DNA of 45,599 bases, taken from positions 1 through 45,599 of the IMG/VR virus record IMGVR_UViG_3300044788_000027. One strand, written 5' to 3'. The position numbers and the translations under genes are program-made. Positions 38,001 through 45,599 of the stretch are shown piece after piece. The notes under the pieces were generated by a model. The model worked only from the letters and a program-made list of their open reading frames with translations, was not told where the DNA came from and did not search any database. This DNA comes from a virus. Lineage: Duplodnaviria; Caudoviricetes. Within the stretch, counting starts at the first letter, position 1; each line of letters opens with the position of its first letter.

Positions 38001-41000
38001 GGATCGAGAGATACCGGCCAGGGGACGCGTAACGTCGTCGTGTTCGATGCGTCGATCGTCGAGCTCACGCACAAGGACGGCACGCCAATCACGGCCGCCG
38101 AACGGAAGGAATATCTGCAGGGGACGCCCGGCGGTGGCCCTGAAGGCCAGGCGACACCGCGCCGCGGCGCCATTCGGTTCGGCCCGAGCCGGCAGTTCGA
38201 CATCGCGCTACTCGAGCGCGCCGACCTCTCGACCTTCCTGCATGAGAGCGGGCATTTCTTCCTCGAGGTGTTCGGCGATCTGGTGGACAAGGTGACCGCG
38301 ATCGAGCCGGCCGCGCGCACCGCCTCGCAGACGCAGCTGCTCACCGACTGGGATACGCTGCTCGGCTCGTTTCGCGATCCGCTCACTGGCACGACCGGGA
38401 TCAGCTCGCGCGCCGCCATCACCGAAGCACAGCACGAACAATTCGCGCGCACGTTCGAGGCCTACCTCATGGAAGGGAAGGCGCCGAGCCTCGAGCTGCA
38501 GAGCACGTTCTCGCGATTCCGCGCCTGGCTGATCGGCATCTATCGATCGCTGAAGAACCTGGGCGTCGAGATGACCCCCGAGGTGCGCGGCGTGATGGAC
38601 CGCCTGCTGGCGAGCGACGCGGCGATCGCGCAGGCGGAAGCACAGCGTGGTATCGGCGCAATGTTCGTGACCGCCGAGATGGCCGGCATGAGCGCCGACG
38701 AGTTCGCGCTCTACAAGCAGACCGTCGCCGATGCCTCGAGGACCGCCCGCGAGCAGCTCGATCGCAAGCTGCTCAGTGAGGTGCAGCGCGAGCAGACAAA
38801 ACAGTGGAAGGCGATGCGCGAAGAGATCCGCGTCGAGGTCGAGCGCGCCGTGCATGGCGAGCCGGTCTACCGGGCGCTCAGCGCGATCCGCTCCGGCGAG
38901 AATCCAGACGGCACGCCGCTCGAGGAAGGCAAAGAGCTGACGCCGCTCACGCTCTCGAGTCAGGCGATCCGTAACCGCTACGGCGCCGCGCACCTCAAGC
39001 GCCTGCCTCGAGGGCTGACCACGACCGAGGGCGGGCTCGACCCCGACCTGGTGGCCGATCTGTTCGGGTTTGCCAGCGGCGACGCGATGCTCACCGCGCT
39101 CGAGAACGCGCCGCCGGCGAAGCGCGTCATCGACACGACGACGCAGCGCAAGATGCTCGAGGAACACGGCAGCATCCTGCTCGACGGCACGCTCATGGAT
39201 CACGCGCAGGCGAGCGTCTCGAACGAGGACCGCGAGATGGTCATCCGCAAGGAGATGCGCGCCCTGGGCCAGCTGCGCCGGCGCGTGGCGCCGTTTGTCG
39301 AGCAGGGCAAGCGCGCCGAGCGCGCCGCCGGCGCCGCGACACAGGCCGCCAGCGAGAAAGAACGCGCGTATGAACGGCGATGGTTCGAGGCCGAGGCGAA
39401 GCTGCGCGTCGCGATCGCGACAGGCGAGCAGCAAGTCATCATCGATCAGCTCACCGACGAAGTGAACAACCTACGGCAGAAAGCCCGCGGCGGCGCCGCC
39501 ATCATCCGCGCCGGCATCCCGCCGGCCAACGTGCTGCGCGACGCGGCGCGCGCGGCCATCGGCGACACGCTGATCCGCGACGTCAAGCCCGAACGGTTTT
39601 GGTCGGCGTCCCGCCGCGCCGGTCAGGACGCGATCGAGAAGGCCGCACGCCAAGACTTCAACGGGGCGATCGTTGCGAAGCAGCAGGAGCTCATCCACCT
39701 GCAGATGTATCGCGAGGCGCAGGCGGCGCTCGACGACATCGACGCCCGCGTGCAAGCCGCCAAGGATCTCGCCAAACCCTCGAGGCGCGCGGCCATCGGC
39801 CAGGCGGGCAGCGGCTACCTAGACCAGATCGACGGCCTGCTCGACCGCTATCAATTCGCCCACGTGAGCAACAAGGTGCTCGAGCGCCGGGCCGAGCTCC
39901 GCAACTGGGCCGAGGCCCTCGAGGCGCAGGGGATGCCCGTGGACTTGCCCGACGAGCTGCTCAACGAGGCGCGCCGGAAGAACTACCAGGAGATGACCTA
40001 CGCCGAGCTGGTCGGCGTCACGGACGGCATCAAGCAGATCGTCCACCTGGCGCAGCTGCAGGGCCGGCTGCTCAAGGCTGTCGATACGCGCGACTTCAAC
40101 GAGCTCCGCGACAACGTGATCGCGTCGATTCGGGCGAACCACAGCGCGCGGGCGCTGCCGCTCGAGTTCCGCGAGGCCGACGTGCGCACGCGCTCCGTGT
40201 CTAATTGGTTCGCGAGTCATCGGAAGATCAGCGACATCGCGCAGGCCTTTGACGGTTATGTAGACGGGGGCATCTTCTGGTCCGCGTTCATGCGGCCGAT
40301 CAACGAGGCCGGCGACGCCGAGCAGCTGCGCAAGGGCCAGGCCGGCGCCGCCTACCAGAAGATTCTCGAGCAGGCCTACCCCGGCCGAGAGCTCGCGACG
40401 CTGCGCACGATGCAGCACATTCCGGCCATCAACAGCAGCCTGTCGAAAGAGGCGCGACTGGCCGTCGCGCTCAACTGGGGCAACCAGGAAGGGCGCGATC
40501 GCCTGACGACCGACGCCACCCGCAAGTGGTCGCACGACCAAGTGGTCGCCATCCTCGACACGCTCGACGCGCGCGACTGGCAGTTCGTGCAACAGACCTG
40601 GGACTACCTCAACACGTTCTGGCCGGAGATCGCCGCGAAGATGGAACGGGTCACCGGCCTGCCGCCCGTCAAGGTTGAGGCGCTGCCCGTGCAGACGAAA
40701 TTCGGCGAGCTCAAGGGCGGCTATTACCCGCTGGCCTACGACAGCCGCCTGAACCCCCGCCAGGCGCAGCACGAAGAGGCGAACGCCGCGAAGCTGCAGA
40801 CCGCCGCGGCCTACATCCGCACGACGACGAAGCGCGGCCACGAGAAAACGCGGCAGGCGTTCGTGAAAAGCAGCGTGCGTCTCGAGATCGGCGTCGCGTT
40901 CGCGCATCTGGATCAGGTGATTCACGACTTGACGCACCACGAGACGCTCATCGACACGACGCGGCTGCTCCGTAATCCGCTGGTGACGAAGGCGATCCTC

Positions 41001-42176
41001 GAGACACACGGCGACATCGTGTTTCAACAGCTGACGCGCGGCTTGCAGGACATCGCGATGGGCTCGACGCCGAAGGCCAACACGGTGCTCGACAAGAGCC
41101 TCAACTACGTGCGCACCGGCACACAGATCGCCGGCCTGGGCTGGAACCTCTGGACCGGCCTGCAGCAGCCGCTCGGTCTGTTCAATGGCGCCTCACGTGT
41201 CGGCGCGCCCTGGGTGCTCCGCGGCCTGACGCGCTGGCTGCGCGACGCGGCCACGATGGAGCACACGACGAAGTGGATCGCCGAGGCGTCGCCGATGATG
41301 CGCGCGCGCACGCAGACGGCGACGCAGGATCTCGTTGATTTGCGCGCCGCGTTCCGACAACCGGGCGGCTGGTTCGACACGTTGGTGCGCACGGTCACCG
41401 CCGACCACGTGACGCAGCAGACGATCGTGGATTCGTTCCTGTGGCATATCGGTGTCGCGCAGCGCGTCGCCGACGTGCCGACCTGGCTCGGCCAGTATGA
41501 GAAATCGCGCGCCGCCGGCGAGAGCGAAGAACGCAGCGCTCGCATCGCGGACCAGGCCGTGCTCGACAGCCAGGGCGGCGGCCAGATCAAGGATCTCGCG
41601 CAGGTGCAACGCGGCGGGCCCGTCGCGCGCGTGTTCCTCACGTTCTACAGCTACGGCAATACGGTGTTCAACGCGACCGCGCGCGCGGCCGGCAAAACGA
41701 ACTTCCGATCGCCGACGCAGGTGGCGACGTTCCTCGGTCACCTGACGCTGCTCTACATCGCGCCGGCGTTCGCCACGACCATGCTCTCGCGGATGACCGG
41801 GCGCCGCGGCGGCGACGATGATACGCCCGACAAGTTCGTCGGCGACTGGCTGCAGGAGACGATCGTGACCGCGATGAACACGATGATTCTGTTGCGCGAG
41901 CTCGGCGGCCTGGCGCAAGACGGCGCCCGCGGCTACGCCGGCCCGGCCGGCACGCGGATCGGTTCGCTGCTTTATAACGCCTGGCGCCAGGTTGAGCAGG
42001 GCGAGCTCGACGAGTCACTGTTTAAAGCGATCAACGCGGCGGCCGGCATCTTGTTTCACTATCCGGCCACGCAGGTGCAACGCACGATCGACGGATGGGT
42101 GGCGCTCGAGGAAGGGCGCACGACGAACCCGGCCGTGCTGCTCACAGGCCCGCCGCCGAAGAATCAGGCCAAGTAA
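32058..42176 (+). CDS. Giant internal virion protein (gp16 position), polyvalent: two ART-like domains, GNAT-like domain, HExxH metallopeptidase-like domain
   Basis: YHGT/FHGS..GEGA..YG.GLYFA twice; [16 protein letters not shown]; [19 protein letters not shown]. Confidence 0.85.
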   Translation: MSDFDQTIDAMQEPAPGTQPAPPDPFDQAIDRINATGRTQLETAFRTTADVAPDRAAEARRLALKFGAPAQVIERNLEDYQKRAAGEKPIDQITHDSPALATWAKDTNNAAIAQDDLEPLGNLEWILKAVPRAFQQQVDQVAYSQLRYKSLFSTLTQAEHDLMESTKRASTLGGELGAGNSWFRKAITGASQLLAQGVEPIKYTIAGLGEGAVVGAVVAAVAPPAAPITAFGGAMAGAAMGGTYGVIRTTAMQETVQAYDELLEMRDEHGVGVDPQIAKIAALGVGGLNGLIELAGVEKFLETIPGLDKLRGKLSRSAMKEALRSPTIRSAFRQLATEYGGTLTAETATEVAQRAVAIAGEELSKSASATKGVTTLTGTAAMRTPSQVGTELIDEAVGAVQSFALGIAPGPVATFVHDAARAKRASINQSFFKALNEGVAQSKTFERLPEAAQRFVEEATKDGPVGTVYAPIDSWRQYWQSQNLDPAAMAEQVTGNKTAYDQAVASGGDLPIPTARYAVTLAGTEHNGYFADELRLGPDEMNGREQKQFVEQLQAARELVTQAATAEPNAARQGVLERLTAAGVPAETAQRYADIYASAGGESGIFAGGAVTRAGMDPAEFYRQYGLTISREGQAISVPRGTSEQTRAATAAATEKAPGPPQDDITAGVPSAEGQVPATTVEPALPAGAGPAAFAGPERRQAIGIGPAGVERRATADQPIDTTDVHAAVAQMVAENPNIKAEAAALGERARAANRESRARIATANRRADPQTEHFAEQWAATGQVRTVSPAGVEHLVTESQAEPGKFDVQTLEGGAVTATQTVENLPAAAKLLADHKVLDNNQATDQTGAPHAGPESQPRAAARKRGLAAGDSIAPSSPRVVETTSAAGNRSVRQESPAQRAERRAKHFADVFKVVYANARQLDPTVNRKALFAEFEQRLALYDELQSLYRESGHDPKDLLRAIAQRGGLAEKAGGYTGEIADLKSGNKFGSLQGVGGVFRKRETDTRGVPIKGLDADLMTTSLQQEQRFNWITDPNVLLDALDEISRNPPKEDTFPGTAELYADMNIDMMTTWWRDSWRDQNLTDETTIDDGSSDILEPAGAVDTSFNIDEFSQSLFDELEPPTATETLADTLDTGEQQPRLPDVGTVRDQNVPTPQLEAPFSLTSEVAKPAKGKQTTLFQSVYHGTPYRFEKFDLQAIGSGEGAQAYGWGLYFAGSREVAEYYRDKLTEQLGAPANQFTALDTFQNDILPDQVRLDIAKGQQAGGAFEDSRAAIAAYRADYTARLERSALSIQEFNDQAAGVHAHTRQDIALNEARVRDMARNQQILSVLEQLEASGDFTTAAETRGTLYTVEIPEDEHMLDHDKLASQQPPAVQAALRELGLTWLPTHIPTNQAEALNVFEADYVRDIWLEDVGIRESLKEGLHYARNDNMPAFRSWFQLHAGLFMPEGNTDQNGRQIYDQLQSEWMQTNRHSSLKESAKAASLQLLSKGVLGIRYLDGVSRRKGEGNANYVLFDDRHAQITEFGQPLPAALDTATVNAWAQDVQERAGADLVHFDVRLLASTGDLELETIAVNRGAQRAGLGSRVMQELTRFADQHNKRIVVTPAPRGFAPGGGAVTSSRSRLVNFYKRFGFVENKGRQKDFTTQAGMYREPTVIPGREMAQPLFHGSPHDFEKFSLEHVGTGEGAASYGYGLYFAENPVVAAGYHDRLSGEPQVRRMQIGSLVVGQMNDFDYSRNAHVSDYENIRASLAEDLLIHPLDLLAAGEAGFREHVLKTLDQKIADYATEWPEGAIAGKALHAALAKPGALSIKFDPKSGGVYQVDIADRHIEKMLDWDAPIQEQPEAVKDLVRKALQEQGYLAKGENGPRQLVSAFKAFTLERGGMAQGPTGEFAYDTIVQAEVRKQGAALLAEQQALNVKYPGPGIAAIRFGDTPAAQMDLKRFLTIDAELGKIRDTAPKAASARLAAAGVPGLRYLDAGSRDTGQGTRNVVVFDASIVELTHKDGTPITAAERKEYLQGTPGGGPEGQATPRRGAIRFGPSRQFDIALLERADLSTFLHESGHFFLEVFGDLVDKVTAIEPAARTASQTQLLTDWDTLLGSFRDPLTGTTGISSRAAITEAQHEQFARTFEAYLMEGKAPSLELQSTFSRFRAWLIGIYRSLKNLGVEMTPEVRGVMDRLLASDAAIAQAEAQRGIGAMFVTAEMAGMSADEFALYKQTVADASRTAREQLDRKLLSEVQREQTKQWKAMREEIRVEVERAVHGEPVYRALSAIRSGENPDGTPLEEGKELTPLTLSSQAIRNRYGAAHLKRLPRGLTTTEGGLDPDLVADLFGFASGDAMLTALENAPPAKRVIDTTTQRKMLEEHGSILLDGTLMDHAQASVSNEDREMVIRKEMRALGQLRRRVAPFVEQGKRAERAAGAATQAASEKERAYERRWFEAEAKLRVAIATGEQQVIIDQLTDEVNNLRQKARGGAAIIRAGIPPANVLRDAARAAIGDTLIRDVKPERFWSASRRAGQDAIEKAARQDFNGAIVAKQQELIHLQMYREAQAALDDIDARVQAAKDLAKPSRRAAIGQAGSGYLDQIDGLLDRYQFAHVSNKVLERRAELRNWAEALEAQGMPVDLPDELLNEARRKNYQEMTYAELVGVTDGIKQIVHLAQLQGRLLKAVDTRDFNELRDNVIASIRANHSARALPLEFREADVRTRSVSNWFASHRKISDIAQAFDGYVDGGIFWSAFMRPINEAGDAEQLRKGQAGAAYQKILEQAYPGRELATLRTMQHIPAINSSLSKEARLAVALNWGNQEGRDRLTTDATRKWSHDQVVAILDTLDARDWQFVQQTWDYLNTFWPEIAAKMERVTGLPPVKVEALPVQTKFGELKGGYYPLAYDSRLNPRQAQHEEANAAKLQTAAAYIRTTTKRGHEKTRQAFVKSSVRLEIGVAFAHLDQVIHDLTHHETLIDTTRLLRNPLVTKAILETHGDIVFQQLTRGLQDIAMGSTPKANTVLDKSLNYVRTGTQIAGLGWNLWTGLQQPLGLFNGASRVGAPWVLRGLTRWLRDAATMEHTTKWIAEASPMMRARTQTATQDLVDLRAAFRQPGGWFDTLVRTVTADHVTQQTIVDSFLWHIGVAQRVADVPTWLGQYEKSRAAGESEERSARIADQAVLDSQGGGQIKDLAQVQRGGPVARVFLTFYSYGNTVFNATARAAGKTNFRSPTQVATFLGHLTLLYIAPAFATTMLSRMTGRRGGDDDTPDKFVGDWLQETIVTAMNTMILLRELGGLAQDGARGYAGPAGTRIGSLLYNAWRQVEQGELDESLFKAINAAAGILFHYPATQVQRTIDGWVALEEGRTTNPAVLLTGPPPKNQAK
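33968..33983. promoter_or_regulatory. Chromosomal-type parS site
   Basis: TGTTCCACGTGGAACA, a perfect 16-bp palindrome matching the widely conserved parS consensus. Confidence 0.8.
34573..34614 (+). promoter_or_regulatory. Intragenic promoter/operator copy
   Basis: TTGACAACAATC; TTGACA-17 bp-CAGACT, then GGAG and an out-of-frame ATG at 34612. Confidence 0.4.
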
Positions 42177-43207
42177 TGCCGCGGCCGAAAGCCGGATCGA
42201 ACCGCACGCACATCCCGCTGATCCAGCAGGACAACAAGAGCGCCGCCTCGACGCTGAGCGTGATGGGCCCGCCTGGCCCGCCCGGCGCCCCGGGCGCTCC
42301 GGGGGCCCCCGGTGCTCCTGGCGCCCCGGGCGCGACAGGCGCCGCCGGCATTCCTGGCATGACCGTGGTAGGGCCAGAAGGCGACGAAGGCCCAGATGGG
42401 CAGCCCGGTCCACAAGGTCCGCCTGGGTCCACAGGAGCCGTCGGCAGCTTGGGGCCGATGGGTCCACCCGGATGGGAAGGCGAGGAAGGCCTCGAGGGCT
42501 GGCCGGGCCCGCCCGGCTTGACCGGCCCGCCAGGAAAAAGCGGCGGCGCCTACGCGCAGGTGCTCGCGCCAGCGTCGATCACGCCGACCGGACCAGGCAT
42601 CGAGCGCATGCTCGGGCTCTGCGCGGGCGTGAGTCTGATTTCCCCTCAGTCGAGCGGCGTGTTCTTCGTGATCGCCAATCTTCGGGCGCTCGGCGGGCCC
42701 AGTAGCACGGCGACCTTCACGCTGCGCTATGGCACCGGAGCCGGGCCCGCGTTCGACGCGGCGGCGACCGGCACGATCATCGGAAACACGTTTGGCACCT
42801 TGATCACGTCCTCAGCTCAAGGGGTCGCACTGCACGGGCTTGTGACCGGCCTGCCACTCGGCGAATCGTTCTGGATCGACATCGGCCTGCAGCCGCAATT
42901 CACGGCCGTCGCGGTCGAGGACATCACGCTCACCGTGTTCGAGTATGCGGGCGCCGGTATCGGCGTCTTCCCGGGCGGCATCCCCGGCCTCGACGCCGAA
43001 GGGGAACCGGGCCCGCCAGGACCGACAGGGCCAGCAGGGCCGGCCGGAGCCGCCGGCGGCGGCACGGACATGCCGCTCACGCGCCTCACCGTCGTCGCCG
43101 ACACGACGGTCACCGCCGGCTACTCGGCCGTCGTCGTGCGCAAGCTCACCGTCAACAGCGGCATCAAACTGATTATCGGCAATGGCAGCCGACTGAGGAT
43201 CCTATGA
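42176..43207 (+). CDS. Collagen-like fibre protein
   Basis: Two Gly-X-Y tracts including (GAP)5 around a beta domain; TAATG coupling. Confidence 0.8.
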   Translation: MPRPKAGSNRTHIPLIQQDNKSAASTLSVMGPPGPPGAPGAPGAPGAPGAPGATGAAGIPGMTVVGPEGDEGPDGQPGPQGPPGSTGAVGSLGPMGPPGWEGEEGLEGWPGPPGLTGPPGKSGGAYAQVLAPASITPTGPGIERMLGLCAGVSLISPQSSGVFFVIANLRALGGPSSTATFTLRYGTGAGPAFDAAATGTIIGNTFGTLITSSAQGVALHGLVTGLPLGESFWIDIGLQPQFTAVAVEDITLTVFEYAGAGIGVFPGGIPGLDAEGEPGPPGPTGPAGPAGAAGGGTDMPLTRLTVVADTTVTAGYSAVVVRKLTVNSGIKLIIGNGSRLRIL

Positions 43208-43842
43208 GCGAGCTCGATCTCACCGCGATCGCCGGCAGTTCGATTGCCACGCCCGCCGCCGGCGTCGGCGCCGTCTACTTCGACTTGATCAGCAAAACGC
43301 TCGCGACCCGCGACGATGCCGGCTTCGTGCGCGGCTTCGGGCGCAGCAATGTTTCGGTTGCCGCGCAGACGCCGGCCGCGGCGACGCGCACCTACCTCAC
43401 CGGATCGCGGATTGACGTGCCCACCAGCAAGCTGCAGATCGGCACGATCCTGCGCTGGCGCTGGAACATGACGAAGACGGCGGCGGGCGTCGCGGCGTCC
43501 ACGATCGACATCTGTTTCGGCACAGCCGGCACAACAGCCGATACGGCGCGCGTCTCGTTCACGAAGCCTGCCGGCACCGCCGTCGCCGATGAAGCGTGGT
43601 GCGAGATCATGGCCACGGTGCGCGGGCCGCTCTCTGGGGCCGGCGTGGTGGCCGGGCTCTTCAGCCTCTCGCACAACTTGGCCGCTACCGGGCACGCCGT
43701 GATTCCCAACGTCGTCGTCAGCACCATCTCCGCGGGCTTCGATGTGACGGTGGCCAATCTGATCGTCGGCGTGTGTCTGACGTCGGGCGCCGCCGACGCG
43801 ATCACGATCCAGCAGATGCAAGCCGATGCAATTAACCTCTAG
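43204..43842 (+). CDS. Putative tail/fibre-associated protein
   Basis: ATPAAG..VYFD N-terminal motif; beta-rich. Confidence 0.6.
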   Translation: MSELDLTAIAGSSIATPAAGVGAVYFDLISKTLATRDDAGFVRGFGRSNVSVAAQTPAAATRTYLTGSRIDVPTSKLQIGTILRWRWNMTKTAAGVAASTIDICFGTAGTTADTARVSFTKPAGTAVADEAWCEIMATVRGPLSGAGVVAGLFSLSHNLAATGHAVIPNVVVSTISAGFDVTVANLIVGVCLTSGAADAITIQQMQADAINL

Positions 43843-43885
43843 CCTCGAGCGTCGAGGCGCGTAAACTCACAGAAGGAGCACCCGT

Positions 43886-44224
43886 ATGCCCCGCACATCC
43901 AAACGATTGTTCGGCCCCGCGCAGGTTGCCACCGGCCCCACGACGGTCTACACGGCGCCTGCCGGCCAGGCGAGCCTGCTCACGTTTCTCTGGATCAACA
44001 ATCCGAGCGCCGCGCCCGTCACCCTGACGCTCTCGGTCGGCGCCGACGCGGCCGGCACGCGGTTGTTTGAAACCTACAGCATTCCCGCGAAGGCGGCCGG
44101 CGTGACCGATTCCAACCGGCCGCTCTTCGTGAACATTCCGCTCGCCGCCGGCGAGATCGTCACCTTGTCGGCCGGCACGAACAACATCCTCGTCGCGATG
44201 GGCAGCGGTTTCGAGGGCGTCTGA
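43886..44224 (+). CDS. Small jelly-roll-like structural protein
   Basis: AAGGAG SD; TVYTAP..WINN..LAAGE..GFE. Confidence 0.65.
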   Translation: MPRTSKRLFGPAQVATGPTTVYTAPAGQASLLTFLWINNPSAAPVTLTLSVGADAAGTRLFETYSIPAKAAGVTDSNRPLFVNIPLAAGEIVTLSAGTNNILVAMGSGFEGV

Positions 44225-44299
44225 TCCTCACGCGCCCCAAGCGGGAACCGTGCAAATCCTGGACGATTCCGGGGCTACACTACAAGCGAGGCTGATGCC

Positions 44300-44479
44300 A
44301 TGAACCTCATCGTGCTCCTGCTGATTCTGCTCATCGTCTTCGGCGGCGGCGGCTACTACTGGGGCGGCGATGACCGCGGACGCTACTACGGCACTGGGGG
44401 CATCGGGCTGGTGCTGGTCGTGCTCTTGGTGCTTTACCTGCTCGGCATGATTGGCCGCGGCTCTGGCCTGCGTCTGTGA
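44300..44479 (+). CDS. Small two-TM protein, DUF3309-like
   Basis: MNLIVLLLILLIVFGGGGYYW..GGIGLVLVVLLVLYLLG; GTGA overlap. Confidence 0.7.
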   Translation: MNLIVLLLILLIVFGGGGYYWGGDDRGRYYGTGGIGLVLVVLLVLYLLGMIGRGSGLRL

Positions 44480-44853
44480 CGGAGGTGCTCTCGGTCGGCG
44501 TGATCGCGGCCATCGCGGCCGGCGGGGCGGTCGTCATTGCGGCGCTCGCGGCCGGCATCGTCTCGATCATCACGGCCTGGCGCGCGATCGCCACTAAAGT
44601 CAGCGCGATCGAAGGCCACGTGAACAGCGAGAAGACGGCCGCAGAGGGCCGGATCGACAACCTGCGGAACGAGAACGCGTTACTGCGCGAGATGATCGTG
44701 GATCGCAAACAGACGGCGAGCCTGCTCGCGCAATCCGTCGCCACAGCGGCGCGTCCCGCCCCACTCGATCCAACGAACGCCCTTCCCCCGACCGGCGCGC
44801 AGCTCGAGGCCATCGCCAAGAGCACCGACGCGATCGACCGCAACACCCGCTAG
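44476..44853 (+). CDS. Membrane protein with coiled coil (holin/antiholin candidate)
   Basis: N-terminal TM followed by a heptad region. Confidence 0.55.
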   Translation: MTEVLSVGVIAAIAAGGAVVIAALAAGIVSIITAWRAIATKVSAIEGHVNSEKTAAEGRIDNLRNENALLREMIVDRKQTASLLAQSVATAARPAPLDPTNALPPTGAQLEAIAKSTDAIDRNTR

Positions 44854-44857
44854 CCCG

Positions 44858-44901
44858 ATTGTTGACAATAACGGGGACGGCTCGTAAGCTGTCCCTGTTA
44901 T
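44858..44901 (+). promoter_or_regulatory. Sigma70 promoter/operator with overlapping hairpin
   Basis: ATTGTTGACAATAAC; TTGACA(44862)-17 bp-TAAGCT(44885); 15-bp stem at 44868-44901. Confidence 0.65.
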
Positions 44902-45139
44902 GACCAAACCCAAAGACAACGCCCGCCCCGGCCGCACGTCGATTTTTCGCGACAAGGCCGGCGGCGACCGCGTGCAGGGCAACATCACCGCCGCGGGATC
45001 CGTGCGGTTCGAGCAGGCGCGCCGGCGCCTCGCGAAGCTGGCGGGCTGCGAATACGAGGACGTGAGCGACGCCGACACGATCGAGTTTCTCGCGCGCGGC
45101 GAGGGCGAGACGATCAAGGCGCTACAACAGCCGGCGTAA
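44900..45139 (+). CDS. Small putative ribbon-helix-helix DNA-binding protein (repressor candidate)
   Basis: Beta-like RVQGNIT followed by two helices (..SDADTIEFLAR); own promoter and downstream hairpin. Confidence 0.5.
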   Translation: MTKPKDNARPGRTSIFRDKAGGDRVQGNITAAGSVRFEQARRRLAKLAGCEYEDVSDADTIEFLARGEGETIKALQQPA

Positions 45140-45146
45140 ACACGAA

Positions 45147-45186
45147 CGGCCGGCCTGCCTTTGCGAAGGGCAAGCCGGCCGCATTT
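45147..45186 (+). terminator. GC-rich hairpin after the regulator gene
   Basis: CGGCCGGCCTGCCTTT-GCG-AAGGGCAAGCCGGCCG, with only a short T run. Confidence 0.45.
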
Positions 45187-45234
45187 GGGTGGAGATGGCC
45201 GAAGCACCATCAGCCTACCCGGAAGGGATCCCCA

Positions 45235-45599
45235 GTGTCAAAAAGTAAACCCGTGCGCGGTCGCTATGTGGGCGACGGTCGGCGCACGCGCACCGTCCCG
45301 ATCGAAATGAATCGGCAGGCGCCGCGCGCCGCGCTAATTCGCCAGGTCGGCGTTCAAAGCAAGCAGCGGTTCGCGAAGCAAATAAAACGCGCGCGCCTGA
45401 TCCTCGGCGACCTTGAGGTCGGCACGGCGCTCGCGCGCCGGCACGGCGACGTTCCCGACGTCGGGACGGCGGGGTTCCCGCTCGAGCACGACAACGGCAC
45501 GCTCGGCGAAGAGGCCGCGCTCGGCGCGCTCGGCCTGGTCGAGATCAAGCTGACCGACGCCGAAGAGGCGATCCTCGCGCAGCCCGTGCCCGTCACGGC
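45235..45599 (+). CDS. 5' part of the Mgm101/Rad52-family gene (continues through the junction to 994)
   Basis: GGAAGGGA upstream of GTG45235; frame open into the repeat. Confidence 0.65.
   Translation, partial: MSKSKPVRGRYVGDGRRTRTVPIEMNRQAPRAALIRQVGVQSKQRFAKQIKRARLILGDLEVGTALARRHGDVPDVGTAGFPLEHDNGTLGEEAALGALGLVEIKLTDAEEAILAQPVPVT
45399..45599. repeat. Terminal direct repeat, right copy
   Basis: 200/201 identical to 1-201. Confidence 0.95.

Noticed and set aside
42260-42540. Tandem repeat or CRISPR-like array
   Set aside because: Collagen Gly-X-Y coding repeats with no spacers.
17568-44224. Diversity-generating retroelement, expected from the BPP-1-like virion module
   Set aside because: No reverse transcriptase motif and no TR/VR repeat pair seen.
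1-45599. dif/Xer site or integrase att site
   Set aside because: No convincing 28-bp dif-like sequence found by eye and no integrase; a profile scan is still advisable.
1-45599. tRNA or rRNA genes
   Set aside because: No cloverleaf or T-loop signature seen in the few intergenic gaps.

Overview
This looks like a complete, circularly permuted, high-GC podovirus-type phage genome of about 45,398 bp; bases 1-201 recur at 45399-45599 with one mismatch. All credible genes lie on the + strand. The early region holds a Mgm101/Rad52-family annealing protein, a PD-(D/E)XK exonuclease, an HNH-like protein, a resolvase-like nuclease, an LmbU-like/MT-A70 methyltransferase fusion, a MazG-like protein, a DGQHR/ParB-like protein and many small ORFs. 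TerS, a putative lysis/envelope cluster and TerL follow. The virion module resembles that of Bordetella phage BPP-1 (portal, Bbp19-like, scaffold, capsid, cement, an unusual duplicated tail-adaptor fusion, nozzle, three ejection proteins including a 3372-aa polyvalent protein, collagen fibre). I recognise no polymerase, helicase, primase, Rep initiator or integrase. The most striking signals are DNA motifs. At 6775-6995 there is an apparent bacterial chromosomal origin (oriC): phased DnaA boxes, then tandem boxes-GGCC-DnaA-trios-AT-rich tract. At 33968-33983 a perfect chromosomal parS palindrome sits inside the giant ejection gene. Together they suggest a phage that replicates and segregates as a chromosome mimic using host DnaA and ParB. 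Product calls come from motif recognition only; no searches were run.
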